Assembly (NCBI RefSeq): GCF_032444005.1
Contig: NC_091288.1
Coordinates: forward strand, 12,772,001-12,836,000
Direction of reading: 5' to 3'
Source: Ranitomeya imitator
Taxonomy: Eukaryota
Length of the DNA stretch: 64,000 nucleotides
Within the stretch, counting starts at the first letter, position 1, and every line of letters begins with the position of its first letter. A program made the position numbers and the translations under genes. Of the stretch, positions 51,301 to 61,380 are shown in pieces. Below the pieces are notes generated by a model. The model ran no database searches and had not been told where the DNA came from. It saw nothing but the letters and a program-made list of their open reading frames with translations.

Positions 51301-53292
51301 GTATCTAATCCTATCCTGTGTGATACTGTCTGCTGAGCCATGTATCTAATCCTATCCTGTGTGATACTGTCTGCTGAGCTGTGTATCTAATCCTATCCTG
51401 TGTGATACTGTCTGCTGAGCCGTGTATCTAATCCTATCCTGTGTGATACTGTCTGCTGAGCCGTGTATCTAATCCCCTTCTGTGTGATACTGTCTGCTGA
51501 GCCGTGTATCTAATCCTATCCTGTGTGATACTGTCTGCTGAGCCGTGTATCTAATCCTATCCTGTGTGATACTGTCTGCTGAGCCGTGTATCTAATCCTC
51601 TTCTGTGTGATACTGTCTGCTGAGCCGTGTATCTAATCCCCTTCTGTGTGATACTGTCTGCTGAGCCGTGTATCTAATCCTATCCTGTGTGATACTGTCT
51701 GCTGAGCCGTGTACCTAATCCTATCCTGTGTGATACTGTCTGCTGAGCCGTGTATCTAATCCCCTTCTGTGTGATACTGTCTGCTGAGCCGTGTATCTAA
51801 TCTCTTTCTGTGTGATACTGACTGCTGAGCTGTGTATCTAATCCTATCCTGTGTGATACTGTCTGCTGAGCTGTGTATCTAATCCCTTCCTGTGTGATAC
51901 TGACTGCTGAGCTGTGTATCTAATCCTATCCTGTGTGATACTGACTGCTGAGCTGTGTATCTAATCCTATCCTGTGTGATACTGACTGCTGAGCCGTGTA
52001 TCTAATCCTATCCTGTGTGATACTGTCTGCTGAGCCGCGTATCTAATCCCTTCCTGTGTGATACTGACTGCTGAGCTGTGTATCTAATCCTATCCTGTGT
52101 GATACTGACTGCTGAGCTGTGTATCTAATCCTATCCTGTGTGATACTGACTGCTGAGCCGTGTATCTAATCCTATCCTGTGTGATACTGTCTGCTGAGCC
52201 GCGTATCTAATCCCTTCCTGTGTGATACTGACTGCTGAGCTGTGTATCTAATCCCTTCCTGTGTGATACTGACTGCTGAGCCGCGTATCTAATCCCTTCC
52301 TGTGTGATACTGACTGCTGAGCTGTGTATCTAATCCTATCCTGTGTGATGCTGTCTGCTGAGCTGTGTATCTAATCCCTTCCTGTGTGATACTGACTGCT
52401 GAGCTGTGTATCTAATCCTATCCTGTGTGATACTGACTGCTGAGCTGTGTATCTAATCCTATCCTGTGTGATACTGACTGCTGAGCCGTGTATCTAATCC
52501 TATCCTGTGTGATACTGTCTGCTGAGCCGCGTATCTAATCCCTTCCTGTGTGATACTGACTGCTGAGCTGTGTATCTAATCCTATCCTGTGTGATACTGA
52601 CTGCTGAGCTGTGTATCTAATCCTATCCTGTGTGATACTGACTGCTGAGCCGTGTATCTAATCCTATCCTGTGTGATACTGTCTGCTGAGCCGCGTATCT
52701 AATCCCTTCCTGTGTGATACTGACTGCTGAGCTGTGTATCTAATCCCTTCCTGTGTGATACTGACTGCTGAGCCGCGTATCTAATCCCTTCCTGTGTGAT
52801 ACTGACTGCTGAGCTGTGTATCTAATCCCTTCCTGTGTGATACTGACTGCTGAGCCGCGTATCTAATCCCTTCCTGTGTGATACTGACTGCTGAGCTGTG
52901 TATCTAATCCCTTCCTGTGTGATACTGACTGCTGAGCTGTGTATCTAATCCCTTCCTGTGTGATACTGTCTGCTGAGCTGTGTATCTAATCCTATCCTGT
53001 GTGATACTGTCTGCTGAGCCGCGTATCTAATCCCTTCCTGTGTGATACTGTCTGCTGAGCCGCGTATCTAATCCCTTCCTGTGTGATACTGACTGCTGAG
53101 CCGCGTATCTAATCCCTTCCTGTGTGATACTAATTGTTTCTTTCTGCAGCCGGTCTCTTGAATTATGATGGGAAAACTTCTTCTTCTTTGGCACGAAATT
53201 CCCCGAACGCCAAGAAAGTTGTTCTGGTGAAGACGATTGAAACCTCCGACGGTAAACAAGTGTCGGAGGCGAATCACTATTCCCGGGAATGA
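36076..53292 (+). CDS. Type II keratin, K8-like, complete 9-exon CDS, 452 aa
   Basis: Exons 36076-36363, 45389-45597, 46873-46933, 47333-47428, 47602-47766, 48714-48839, 49475-49695, 50740-50789, 53150-53292; sum 1359 nt, all GT-AG. Motifs LEVDP...[45 protein letters not shown], tail [16 protein letters not shown] (K8-type VVKKIETRDGKLVSE). Exon sizes 209/61/96/165/126/221 fit type II keratins. Confidence 0.95.
36549..36906. mobile_element. CpG-rich PIF/Harbinger-type MITE
   Basis: TAA-GGCTGGGTTCCCATTGCG...CGCAATGTGACCCTAGCC-TAA, TAA TSD. Confidence 0.8.
37140..39045 (+). mobile_element. Old 5'-truncated CR1 LINE (decayed ORF2, intact 3' end)
   Basis: Decayed [25 protein letters not shown]; many stops/frameshifts; 3' end GGTCCCTTCCAACTCTAACATTCTAGGATTCTA with ATTCT tail repeats. 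Confidence 0.9.
38368..38586 (-). mobile_element. V-SINE-like copy nested in CR1
   Basis: Homologous to 9047-9318, internally deleted; 8-bp TSD ACATTCTA at 38360-38367 and 38587-38594. Confidence 0.85.
39560..40430 (-). mobile_element. Probable non-autonomous Penelope-like remnant with mutated hammerhead
   Basis: Hammerhead-shaped motif 40271-40311 on minus strand; downstream AATAAA at 39705-39710; boundaries approximate. Confidence 0.45.
41030..41918. mobile_element. T2/Kolobok-type MITE, ~890-bp near-perfect palindrome
   Basis: TTAA-AGGGAACCTGTCACCCC...GGGGTGACAGGTTCCCT-TTAA; mirror-image ORFs in the track confirm the symmetry. Confidence 0.92.
41990..43110 (-). mobile_element. L1-clade LINE 3' fragment (ORF2 C-terminus + 3' UTR)
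   Basis: [28 protein letters not shown] (L1 C-terminal CCHC region) and [22 protein letters not shown]; frameshifted; AATAAA near 41992-41997. Confidence 0.8.
43386..43400 (-). promoter_or_regulatory. Candidate CTCF site
   Basis: Minus strand TCCACTAGATGGTGC. Confidence 0.35.
44022..44661. mobile_element. T2/Kolobok-type palindromic MITE
   Basis: TTAA-AGAGAACCTGTCACCCCC...GGGGGTAACAGGTTCCCT-TTAA; same family as 11170-11782. Confidence 0.9.
44795..45150. repeat. Degenerate tandem repeat (~7 units of variable length)
   Basis: Recurring CTACAAGTACCAGCAATAATTGCAG..CCCCTGCAAA. Confidence 0.8.
45389..45597 (+). CDS. Type II keratin exon 2 ([14 protein letters not shown]...EELKSR)
   Basis: 209 nt, CAG/GTATGC. 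Confidence 0.94.
45633..45749. mobile_element. Short hAT-like MITE remnant
   Basis: CAGGCTCGGACTGGCCCA left end resembles 56621; right end ambiguous. Confidence 0.35.
45800..46620. repeat. Degenerate AT-rich tandem repeat, type II keratin intron 2
   Basis: Recurring AATACCACCATACAGTG / ATAATACTGCCATATAGTGC units. Confidence 0.6.
46065..46200 (+). mobile_element. 3' tail fragment of an L2/CR1-group retroelement
   Basis: GGGCAGGGTCCTC...TGTAAAGCGCCATGG...GCTATAATAATAAATAATAATAAT. Confidence 0.55.
46873..46933 (+). CDS. Type II keratin exon 3 ([20 protein letters not shown])
   Basis: 61 nt, CAG/GTGCGC. Confidence 0.95.
47333..47428 (+). CDS. Type II keratin exon 4 ([11 protein letters not shown]...KQLYKE)
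   Basis: 96 nt, CAG/GTAATG. Confidence 0.94.
47602..47766 (+). CDS. Type II keratin exon 5 (EIQELQSQ...ELDNSRDL...HWYKSK)
   Basis: 165 nt, CAG/GTGCGA. Confidence 0.94.
47828..48678. repeat. 36-bp minisatellite, ~23 copies, type II keratin intron 5
   Basis: GGCCCCCCGAGTATACAGGACCCCCTGTTATACGGT unit; 12-aa periodic ORFs. Confidence 0.97.
48714..48839 (+). CDS. Type II keratin exon 6 (IDDLVNQGK...EALKNQ)
   Basis: 126 nt, CAG/GTACGG. Confidence 0.94.
49475..49695 (+). CDS. Type II keratin exon 7 (RTSLENN...[21 protein letters not shown])
   Basis: 221 nt, TAG/GTGAGT, intact helix-termination motif. Confidence 0.96.
49727..50637. repeat. 86-bp minisatellite, ~10 copies, type II keratin intron 7
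   Basis: GAGCTGCACTCACTATTCTGCTGGTGCAGTCACTGTGTACATACATTACATTACTGATCCTGAGTTACATCCTGTATTATACCCCA unit; ORF starts recur every 86 nt. Confidence 0.97.
50740..50789 (+). CDS. Type II keratin exon 8 ([16 protein letters not shown])
   Basis: 50 nt, TAG/GTGAGT; correct phase 2 to phase 1 bridge. Confidence 0.82.
50960..53130. repeat. 41-bp minisatellite, ~53 copies, type II keratin intron 8
   Basis: TGTGTGATACTGTCTGCTGAGCCGTGTATCTAATCCTATCC unit. Confidence 0.98.
53150..53292 (+). CDS. Type II keratin exon 9 (AGLLNYDG...[23 protein letters not shown])
   Basis: TTTCTTTCTGCAG acceptor; K8-type tail motif; TGA at 53290-53292. Confidence 0.9.
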
Positions 53293-55022
53293 ACCGTGTA
53301 CAGCAGAGCCGACTGTGCGGACCCCCATTGCTGAGCCCTGCAGCCCCCACCTGTCACTGCTGATGTCCCCCACACTGACCTAATAATGTGTGATGAAGCA
53401 GAGCTGGCCTCGCGTCCGGCACCTTCATACTATGCAGCCGCACCAATCACAACTACACCAGGAAAATGCAACTTTCGCTACTGGAGCTATTTAACGTATC
53501 TTAGAAAAAAAGCGACAGAAGTCACTAATACCGGGGGCCAAAACTAATGCAAGCAGGAGGCGTCAGCCCCAGGACAAAGGTGGAGATACTGATGAGAACC
53601 CACCATCACTCCCATCATCCATGAGGACAGGGAGATTGGTGCTTAGTATTATAAATGCACACCGATAAGGCTTGTATAGGGCGCCAGTCACACTGTCACT
53701 TGTAGTGCGCCACGCGTACAGCCTATTAGTGAGGCCCATACTAGTAGATCACGTGGCCGCCTAGTACTACATTAGTGCACCCCACAGGGACACCCCAATC
53801 CCCCAACACTACAGGGCCGGCTGCATCCTGCAAAGATGAAAAATACTCCATATACGAGCCTTTACCATGTGCATTAATAATACTAAGCAGCCCCACCGGC
53901 CTCATGGATGATGGGAGTGGTTGTTGTTCATCAGTATTTTGCACCTTTGTCCTAGGGCTGCTGCAGTGTTCTGGTTTTCTGCCTTTTTCCTGTGATGTTT
54001 AGTATCGATGCCCCGTTCAATGTAGAACTTATTAATATACTTTGTTTCACTCTGTCGATATCTCTGTTTGCTGTGGGGACGTTTGTTTACATCTAAAGGA
54101 TAAACATCTGGATAGATCTAATATTACTCACAGCTGAGGATTTGTCACAATTGTATCCAGTCTAGGAAGCCTCCGCAGAGCAGGGAGATGAATTTTACCT
54201 GCACTGATACATTGAAACAAACTATAATAGAAGACTTCTGCTGGTGATACAATTGTATCCTGTGTAGAGAATTATAACAAAGCAGCGAGAAGCATCAGAT
54301 CTGTGCAGGTTTTCAGCCTCTGGATGTAAGTGACTAATAACTGACAGCAAGCAGAGATCCTGAAACAGGTGAGTGAATAAAACATCATCACATCTCTGCT
54401 TTTCTGCCTTTTTTGTCCAGTTTTGCTTTTGGTTCATATTCCTCGTTCATTGTGATGTTTAAATTTTCGGGATGATTTTTGTGGATTCATCATTTTGTGA
54501 CTTTTTTTGCACAAATTTATTCCAGTCTTCTTCCCTTTGTAGTGATTTTGTATGGACTGGTTTATGTACGTCCTCCCCCAGTTTTTCTTGCGCAAATTTT
54601 GCAACACTTTTTGGAAGAGTCAAAGGTGAAGACCCTTTTTTGTCAGCGAGTAAAATTCATAAATCGCATGCATCATTTTGAAGAATTTTACACAAAAAAA
54701 GCAAAAATACCACCACACATTAAAAAAGGCACAAATAAAAAAATAAAACTGAAGCAAACAAAGGCAAGAAGGCAATAATGAAGTTGGCCCAAAGTTTATT
54801 AGAAAGTTGCAAAACTTTTCCTTTTTACAATGAAACAGAATGTCTGAATGTTATTTTAAAACTTAAGCGGCAGCATTATTAGGTTGTGAGGGGATGAAAA
54901 CAACCCTAACCCCCCATTAATAAACAATTTGTACCAAGACCTCCCCCGCTGTCCCAGCCATGATTTCCATATTCTTTGTATTTGTGTGATTTCTTCCTGT
55001 TTGAAGAATCAGGGTTTTCATG

Positions 55023-55038
55023 GCTCCATCTAGTGGCC
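55023..55038 (-). promoter_or_regulatory. Candidate CTCF site
   Basis: Minus strand GGCCACTAGATGGAGC closely matches the CTCF core by eye. Confidence 0.4.
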
Positions 55039-55607
55039 ATTGCATGTAAGTACCATAGATAGTCAGCAGGAAGAATTCAAAACAGCAACAAGTAAAAAAA
55101 CAACATAACAAAACTGCCAGAGCGGATGCTGTTAACATAAATAACACATTTTAGGAAATTTGTGTATATGATGCCTTAATCGCCCTCAACTTTTTCATTG
55201 GCTCAATAATTGTTTTTAATGACGCAAACTTGTATTAAGATTTTTTGTTTTTTTTTCTTGTATTTCTTAGCTTTTAATAACTTTGCATTAAACTTAAAGC
55301 TCCTCATTTTTTTTTTTTTTTTTAAATGATGAAACTTTATAACTGTAAACCTATATTAGAGCATCCGGATAGGGGGTCTAGAATATGGGGTTGGCCCCTG
55401 GCAGTGGCTGAGAGGTTTGCACTTTGTCTTAGAATGTGCAGCAATGGATGGGTCATAGATCAGTTCGGTGCTTGTCCTCCTGCTCCTTCTACCATCTCTG
55501 AGTGCAAATAAAAGCCAGGACTTTCCTGTGGGTAGAGGTCAGCCTCATGGTGCGGACAGATATAGGAGGAGGCGCCTGATGCAGCCAGCGGTGGGGGTGC
55601 GTAGCAC

Positions 55608-56017
55608 TGAGGCTATGTGCACACGTTGTGGATTTGACTGTGACATTTTCTGTGCCGATTCTGTATTTCTTGGCAGAAAACGCAGGTCAAAATCTGCGTG
55701 TGTTTCTGCAGATTTTGTGCGTGTTTTTTTTTGCGGATTTGCAGCGGATTTTGTGCGGATTTCATGCATTTTTTTACCCTTGCATTTTCCTATAATGGAA
55801 TGGGTGTAGAAACGCTGCAGATCTGCAAAAAGAAGTGACATAGTCCTTTTTTTAATCTGCTGCGTTTTCCATGCAGATTTTTCGGCACCATTAGCACAGC
55901 ATTTTTTTCCCATTGATTTACATTGTACTGTAAATCACTTGCGGATCTGCAGCGAATCTGCGTGGGAAAAAACACTGCGGATCCGCAGGAAATCCGCAAC
56001 GTGTGTACATACCCTGA
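55608..56017. mobile_element. PIF/Harbinger-type MITE
   Basis: TGA-GGCTATGTGCACACGTTG...CAACGTGTGTACATACCC-TGA (TGA TSD). Confidence 0.85.
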
Positions 56018-56699
56018 CTGTTATAGCGCCTGCGCCGTCCAAGATCCAGTCCTGGATTTGGCATTATTTCCATTTTTACATTGTATCTTCGTCTTTAGGA
56101 TGGCGCAACACTTGAATATGATGATGGAATAGAGACCGTCGGCTCCCGCTCCACCATTCACCGGCACCATCTGAGTCTCTACAGGAAGCACAATGGCGAC
56201 ACTAGATGGTGTCTGTTTGGGGAGAAGGATGGACTGGGGGCTTGTGTGGGGTCTCATGCTGCATGGCAATAGCCTGGGTGGGAGCAATGAGGGGCTTCAC
56301 TAGGGGCACCATTTCTGTATGGGGTGTGGATTAGTTCTAAAAATATAAAAGGTCACACGCTGCACTGCACAAGATGTCACTGCATTCTGCCCTTCAGAGC
56401 TGGGAGGTCTGTCCCCGGTGGAGCAGACAGACGACCAACACAGCTGTGCACAAAGAGAGCTGCCATTAGAAGGGCGAGGATTGCCGCAGAAGAGGGACGA
56501 GGGCGAGACGCACTCCAGAAAGTGAAGGGTGAGGATACACAATGGAAGAGACTGCAAGCATATGCCTGAGTGTGGAGAAGAGTGCCACCCCAGACACGGC
56601 TGTAGAATGGTGCCTGAGTGCAGCCTCGGACTGGCCCCTGGGGAACAGGAGAATCCTCCGGTGGGCCCCTGTGCAGGACTGGCCCTCTCACCATTCTAG

Positions 56700-58825
56700 A
56701 TGAACACTATTTCTAAGAAGGGGGCACTGCTAGACCTAATATTAACCAACAGGCCAGACCGCATATCAAATGTAAGGGTTGGGGGTCACTTGGGTAATAG
56801 CGATCACAAAATAATAAGTTTTCATGTATCCTTTAATAAGATGTGTAGTAGAGGGGTTACAAGGACACTAAACTTCAGGAGGGCAAATTTCCAATGGATG
56901 AGAGAGGATCTTGGTGCAATTAACTGGGACGATATCCTGAGACACAAAAATACACAAAGAAAATGGGAGACATTTATTAGCATCCTGGATAGGACCTGTG
57001 CACAGTATATACCGTATGGGATTAAACATACCAGAAATAGGAGGAAACCAATATGGCTAAATAGAGCTGTAAGGGGCACAATAAGGGACAAAAAGAAAGA
57101 ATATAGAGAATTAAAGGAAGTAGGTAGTCAGGAGGCATTAAATAAATACAGAAAATTAAATAAATTCTGTAAAAAGCAAATCAAGGCAGCAAAGATTGAG
57201 ACAGAGAGACTCATTGCCAGAGAGAGTAAAAATAATCCCCAAATATTCTTTAGCTACGTAAAGAGTAAGAAACTAAAAAATGATAGTGTTGGCCCCCTTA
57301 AAAATAGTGTGGGTGAAATGGTGGATGAGGATGAGGAAAAAGCCAATATGCTAAATGACTTTTTTTCATCAGTATTTACACAAGAAAATCCCATGGCAGA
57401 CAATGTGATCAGTGATAAAAATTCCCCACTAAGTGTCACCTGCTTAACCCAGCAGGAAGTGCGGCGGCGTCTAAAAATCACTAAAATTGACAAATCTCCG
57501 GGCCCGGATGGGATACACCCTCGAGTACTGCAGGAATTAAGTACAGTCATTGATAGACCATTATTTTTAATCTTTAAAGACTCCATAATAACAGGGTCTG
57601 TACCACAGGACTGGCGTATAGCAAATGTGGTGCCAATATTCAAAAAGGGGACAAAAACTGAACTCGGAAATTATAGGCCAGTAAGCTTAACCTCTACTGT
57701 GGGTAAAATCCTGGAGGGCATTCTAAGGGATGATATACTGGAGTATCTGAAGAGGAATAACCTCATGACCCAGTATCAGCACGGGTTTACTAGGGACCGT
57801 TCATGTCAGACTAATCTGATCAGTTTCTATGAAGAGGTAAGTTCCGGACTGGACCAAGGGAACCCAGTGGATGTAGTGTATATGGACTTTTCAAAAGCTT
57901 TTGATACGGTGCCACACAAAAGGTTGATACATAAAATGAGAATAATGGGGATAGGGGAAAATATGTGTAAGTGGGTTGAGAGCTGGCTCAGGGATAGGAA
58001 ACAAAGGGTGGTTATTAATGGAGCACACTCGGACTGGGTCGCGGTTAGCAGTGGGGTACCACAGGGGTCAGTATTGGGCCCTCTTCTTTTTAACATATTT
58101 ATTAATGACCTTGTAGGGGGAATTCAGAGTAGAATTTCAATATTTGCAGATGACACTAAACTCTGCAGGGTAATCAATACAGAGGAGGACAATTTTATAT
58201 TACAGGATGATTTATGTAAACTAGAAGCTTGGACTGATAAATGGCAAATGAGCTTTAATGGGGATAAATGTAAGGTCATGCACTTGGGTAGAAGTAATAA
58301 GATGTATAATTATGTGCTTAATTCTAAAACTCTGGGCAAAACCGTCAATGAAAAAGACCTGGGAGTATGAGTGGATGACAAACTCATATTCAGTGGCCAG
58401 TGTCAGGCAGCTGCTACAAAGGCAAATAAAATAATGGGATGCAGTAAAAGAGGCATAGATGCTCATGAGGAGAATATAATTTTACCTCTATACAAGTCAC
58501 TAGTGCGACCACACTTAGAATACTGTGCACTATTAGAGGACTGGGGGGTCTGCAATACCAAGATAGGTTATTACACTTGGGGCTATTTAGTTTGGAAAAA
58601 CGAAGACTAAGGGGTGATCTTATTTTAATGTATAAATATATGGGGGGACAGTACAAAGACCTTTCTGATGATCTTTTTAATCATAGACTTGAGACAGTGA
58701 CAAGGGGGCATCCTCTACGTCTGGAGGAAAGAAGGTTTAGGCATAATAACAGACGCGGATTCTTTACTGTAAGAGCAGTGAGACTATGGAACTCTCTGCC
58801 GTATGATGTTGTAATGAGTGATTAA
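56700..58825 (+). pseudogene. CR1 ORF2 (reverse transcriptase), truncated and disabled
   Basis: 556-aa open frame 56700-58370 stops at TGA where W is expected (GV*VDD); frame continues to YCA, then an internal deletion/frameshift near 58530; C-terminus LGLFSLEKRRLRGDLI...RLWNSLP. Confidence 0.9.
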
Positions 58826-59112
58826 TTACTTAAATTTAAGAGGGGACTGGATACATTTCTGGAAAAGTATAATGTTACAGGGTATATACACTAGATTCCT
58901 TGATAGGGCGTTGATCCAGGGAACTAGTCTGATTGCCGTATGTGGAGTGGGGAAGGAATTTTTTTCCCCAATCTGGAGCTTACTATTTGCCACATGGGTT
59001 TTTTTTGCCTTCCTCTGGATCAACATGTTAGGGCAAGTTAGGTTAGGCTATGGGTTGATCTAGATGGACTTATAGTCTTCCTTCAACCTTAATAACTATG
59101 AATGTTACTATG
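56712..59112 (+). mobile_element. Young 5'-truncated CR1 LINE
   Basis: End of endonuclease domain (ALLDLILTN, GNSDH) through RT (PGPDGIHPRVL, DFSKAFDTV, GVPQGSVLGP, FADD); 3' UTR ends in AATAACTATG-type tail. Confidence 0.95.
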
Positions 59113-59460
59113 TTCTGCACTCTATGCTCAATGTGCGGCATCTCATCAGCCATGTAACAGACTGGCCAGTATATTATTATATAGGAGCATCAGTACAAGT
59201 GATCATGGGTCCCCAGAACGAATGTCACTGATGGGCCCCTGACACCCCAGTCTAACACTGCCTGAGTTTTAACATCCTGACCCTGAAGGACATGAGACCC
59301 CATTTGCAGACTCCTGGCCCACCCAGCCCTCTCTGTGCACCCACATAAAATAGTGCCCCTGCTGAAGCCTCATTGGGTCCTGGCATAATGTAACAGTCCT
59401 TTCATGGCCTCCATGCAGTATGATGTCCCCCCACTTGCATCGCTGGTCTTACATTTCCTT

Positions 59461-59846
59461 TAAGGCTATGTGCACACATTGCGGATTTGCCTGTGGAATT
59501 TTCTGTGCGGATTCTGCATCTCTTGGCAGAAAACGCAGGTTAAAATCTGCGCGTTTTTAATGTGGATTTTGTGCATTTTTGTTGCGGATTTCATGCGTTT
59601 TTACCCCTGCGTTTTCCTATAATGGAATGGGTGTAGAAACGATGCAAGAGCGCACAAAGAATTGACATGCTCCTTCTTTTAATCCACTGTGTTTTCCGTG
59701 TGGAATTTTCCGCACCATTAGCACAGCATTTTTTTCGCATTGATTTACATTGTACTGTAAATCACTTGCGGATCTGCAGCGAATCTGCACAGAAAAAAAT
59801 GCTGCGGATCCGCAGGAAATCTCCACAACGTGTGCACATAGCCTTA
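59461..59846. mobile_element. PIF/Harbinger-type MITE, same family and orientation as 55608-56017
   Basis: TAA-GGCTATGTGCACAC...GTGTGCACATAGCC-TTA; shared interior blocks. Confidence 0.85.
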
Positions 59847-60842
59847 CACTAACAGCTTGCTGCTCCACAACACATCCCGGGGGCTCAGATTCCCTGCTGT
59901 CACTTTCACAATATGATGGCCCCAGTTCACACTCAGAATATGATGCTGCCCGTCCTCTTTCTCCTTCATTGGTAAAAAAAAAACACCTGTACCAATTTCC
60001 AGATGAGCAGAGATCTCTGTTCCCGGCACAGCGGGTGTGATGTAGTGATGTAACCACGTCTCCTGGACCGAGCCTCGGACGGCTCCTCTGTACAATCTGT
60101 CGGTGGCTCGTACGGATGTAACATCAAGCTTGTTGCCTCCTTGTGAGTAACGTTCTTGATCTGTCCACCATGACATCCTATCGTGTATGTACGGGGCTCC
60201 TCATCCTATATCCCAGCAGCCTTTAAACATTTCCTTTAAGATTTTGACTCTGAGATGATCTCTGAGCTAAGACCTCGGTCTGTTATGGAAAGTGGTGACG
60301 CGCCGGTGATTGGTTGCCCGTCCTGGATCCTTCTATCTATAATGAGTCAATGTAATGGCGCGTGATCAGAAACATTGCTGTGAACTCCCGGGGGGCCCGG
60401 ACCCTGCGACATGTCAGCCGGACGGGATTTACACTGAGATGAAAGCATCATTTGTAATCAGTATAAATAGCATCCAGCCATGGCGGCTCATTCCCAGCTT
60501 ATCGGGCAAATAATGGGTCTCACGACCCGAGGAAAGGAATCGCTGCCTTATAAAGGAACGGCGAAAGTCTGAGAACAGAAAGGTCCATAATGTGCCGCAC
60601 ACACCGACCAAAGGAGCAAATCCCCCGACTGACCACCAAGACCCCGAGACATAACAAACACCAACAAAGGAGGTCACTGAGAGGAACATGGACTTATATA
60701 TAATGTCTGGGAACATCTGGGAAATATTAATGTGCAAAACAGTACATGACTCTCAGGCATAAGGAACAAGAAATAAACCTGCAAAATGATAAGCAATAAA
60801 AGTCACAGAGACTGGACTCAAAAGACTACTGCAAATATAGAT

Positions 60843-61380
60843 GTACATAGGAGCAGTATTATAGTAGTTATATTCTTGTACATAGGGGCAGTATTATAGT
60901 AGTTATATTCTTGTACATAGGAGCAGTATTATAGTAGTTATATTCTTGTACCTAGTGGCAGTATTATAGTAGTTATATTCTTGTACATGGGAGCAGTATT
61001 ATAGTAGTTATAATCTTGTACTTAGGGGAAGTATTATAGTAGTTATATTCTTGTACATAGGGGAAGTATTATAGTAGTTATATTCTTGTACATAGGGGCA
61101 GTATTATAGTAGTTATAATCTTGTACATGGGGCAGTATTATAGTAGTTATATTTTTGTACATAGTGGCAGTATTATAGTAGTTATATTCTTGTACTTAGT
61201 GGCAGTATTATAGTAGTTATATTCTTGTACATAGAGGCAGTATTATAGTAGTTATATTCTTGTACATAGTGGCAGTATTATAGTAGTTATATTCTTGTAC
61301 TTAGGGGAAGTATTATAGTAGTTATATTCTTGTACATGGGAGCAGTATTATAGTAGTTATATTCTTGTACTTAGGGGAAG
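60843..61380. repeat. 35-bp minisatellite, ~15 copies, interrupted by Gypsy insertion
   Basis: Same unit and strand as 29723-31086, more diverged. Confidence 0.95.

Larger units (their letters stand above)
56621..59260. mobile_element. hAT-type MITE split by a CR1 insertion
   Basis: Termini CAGCCTCGGACTGG / CCAGTCTAACACTG; flanking 8-mers CCTGAGTG (56613-56620) and CCTGAGTT (59261-59268) form a 7/8 TSD. Confidence 0.7.

Noticed and set aside
22970-53292. Assigning the keratins to KRT18/KRT8 proper, K19, K80 or thread keratins
   Set aside because: Wrong neighbourhood for canonical KRT8/KRT18 and notable divergence; the tails and rod motifs do not fit K19 or K80, and the heads are short. Symbols left blank pending phylogeny.
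59844-60176. 110-aa minus-strand ORF
   Set aside because: No recognisable domain or splice context; it runs to the edge of a MITE.
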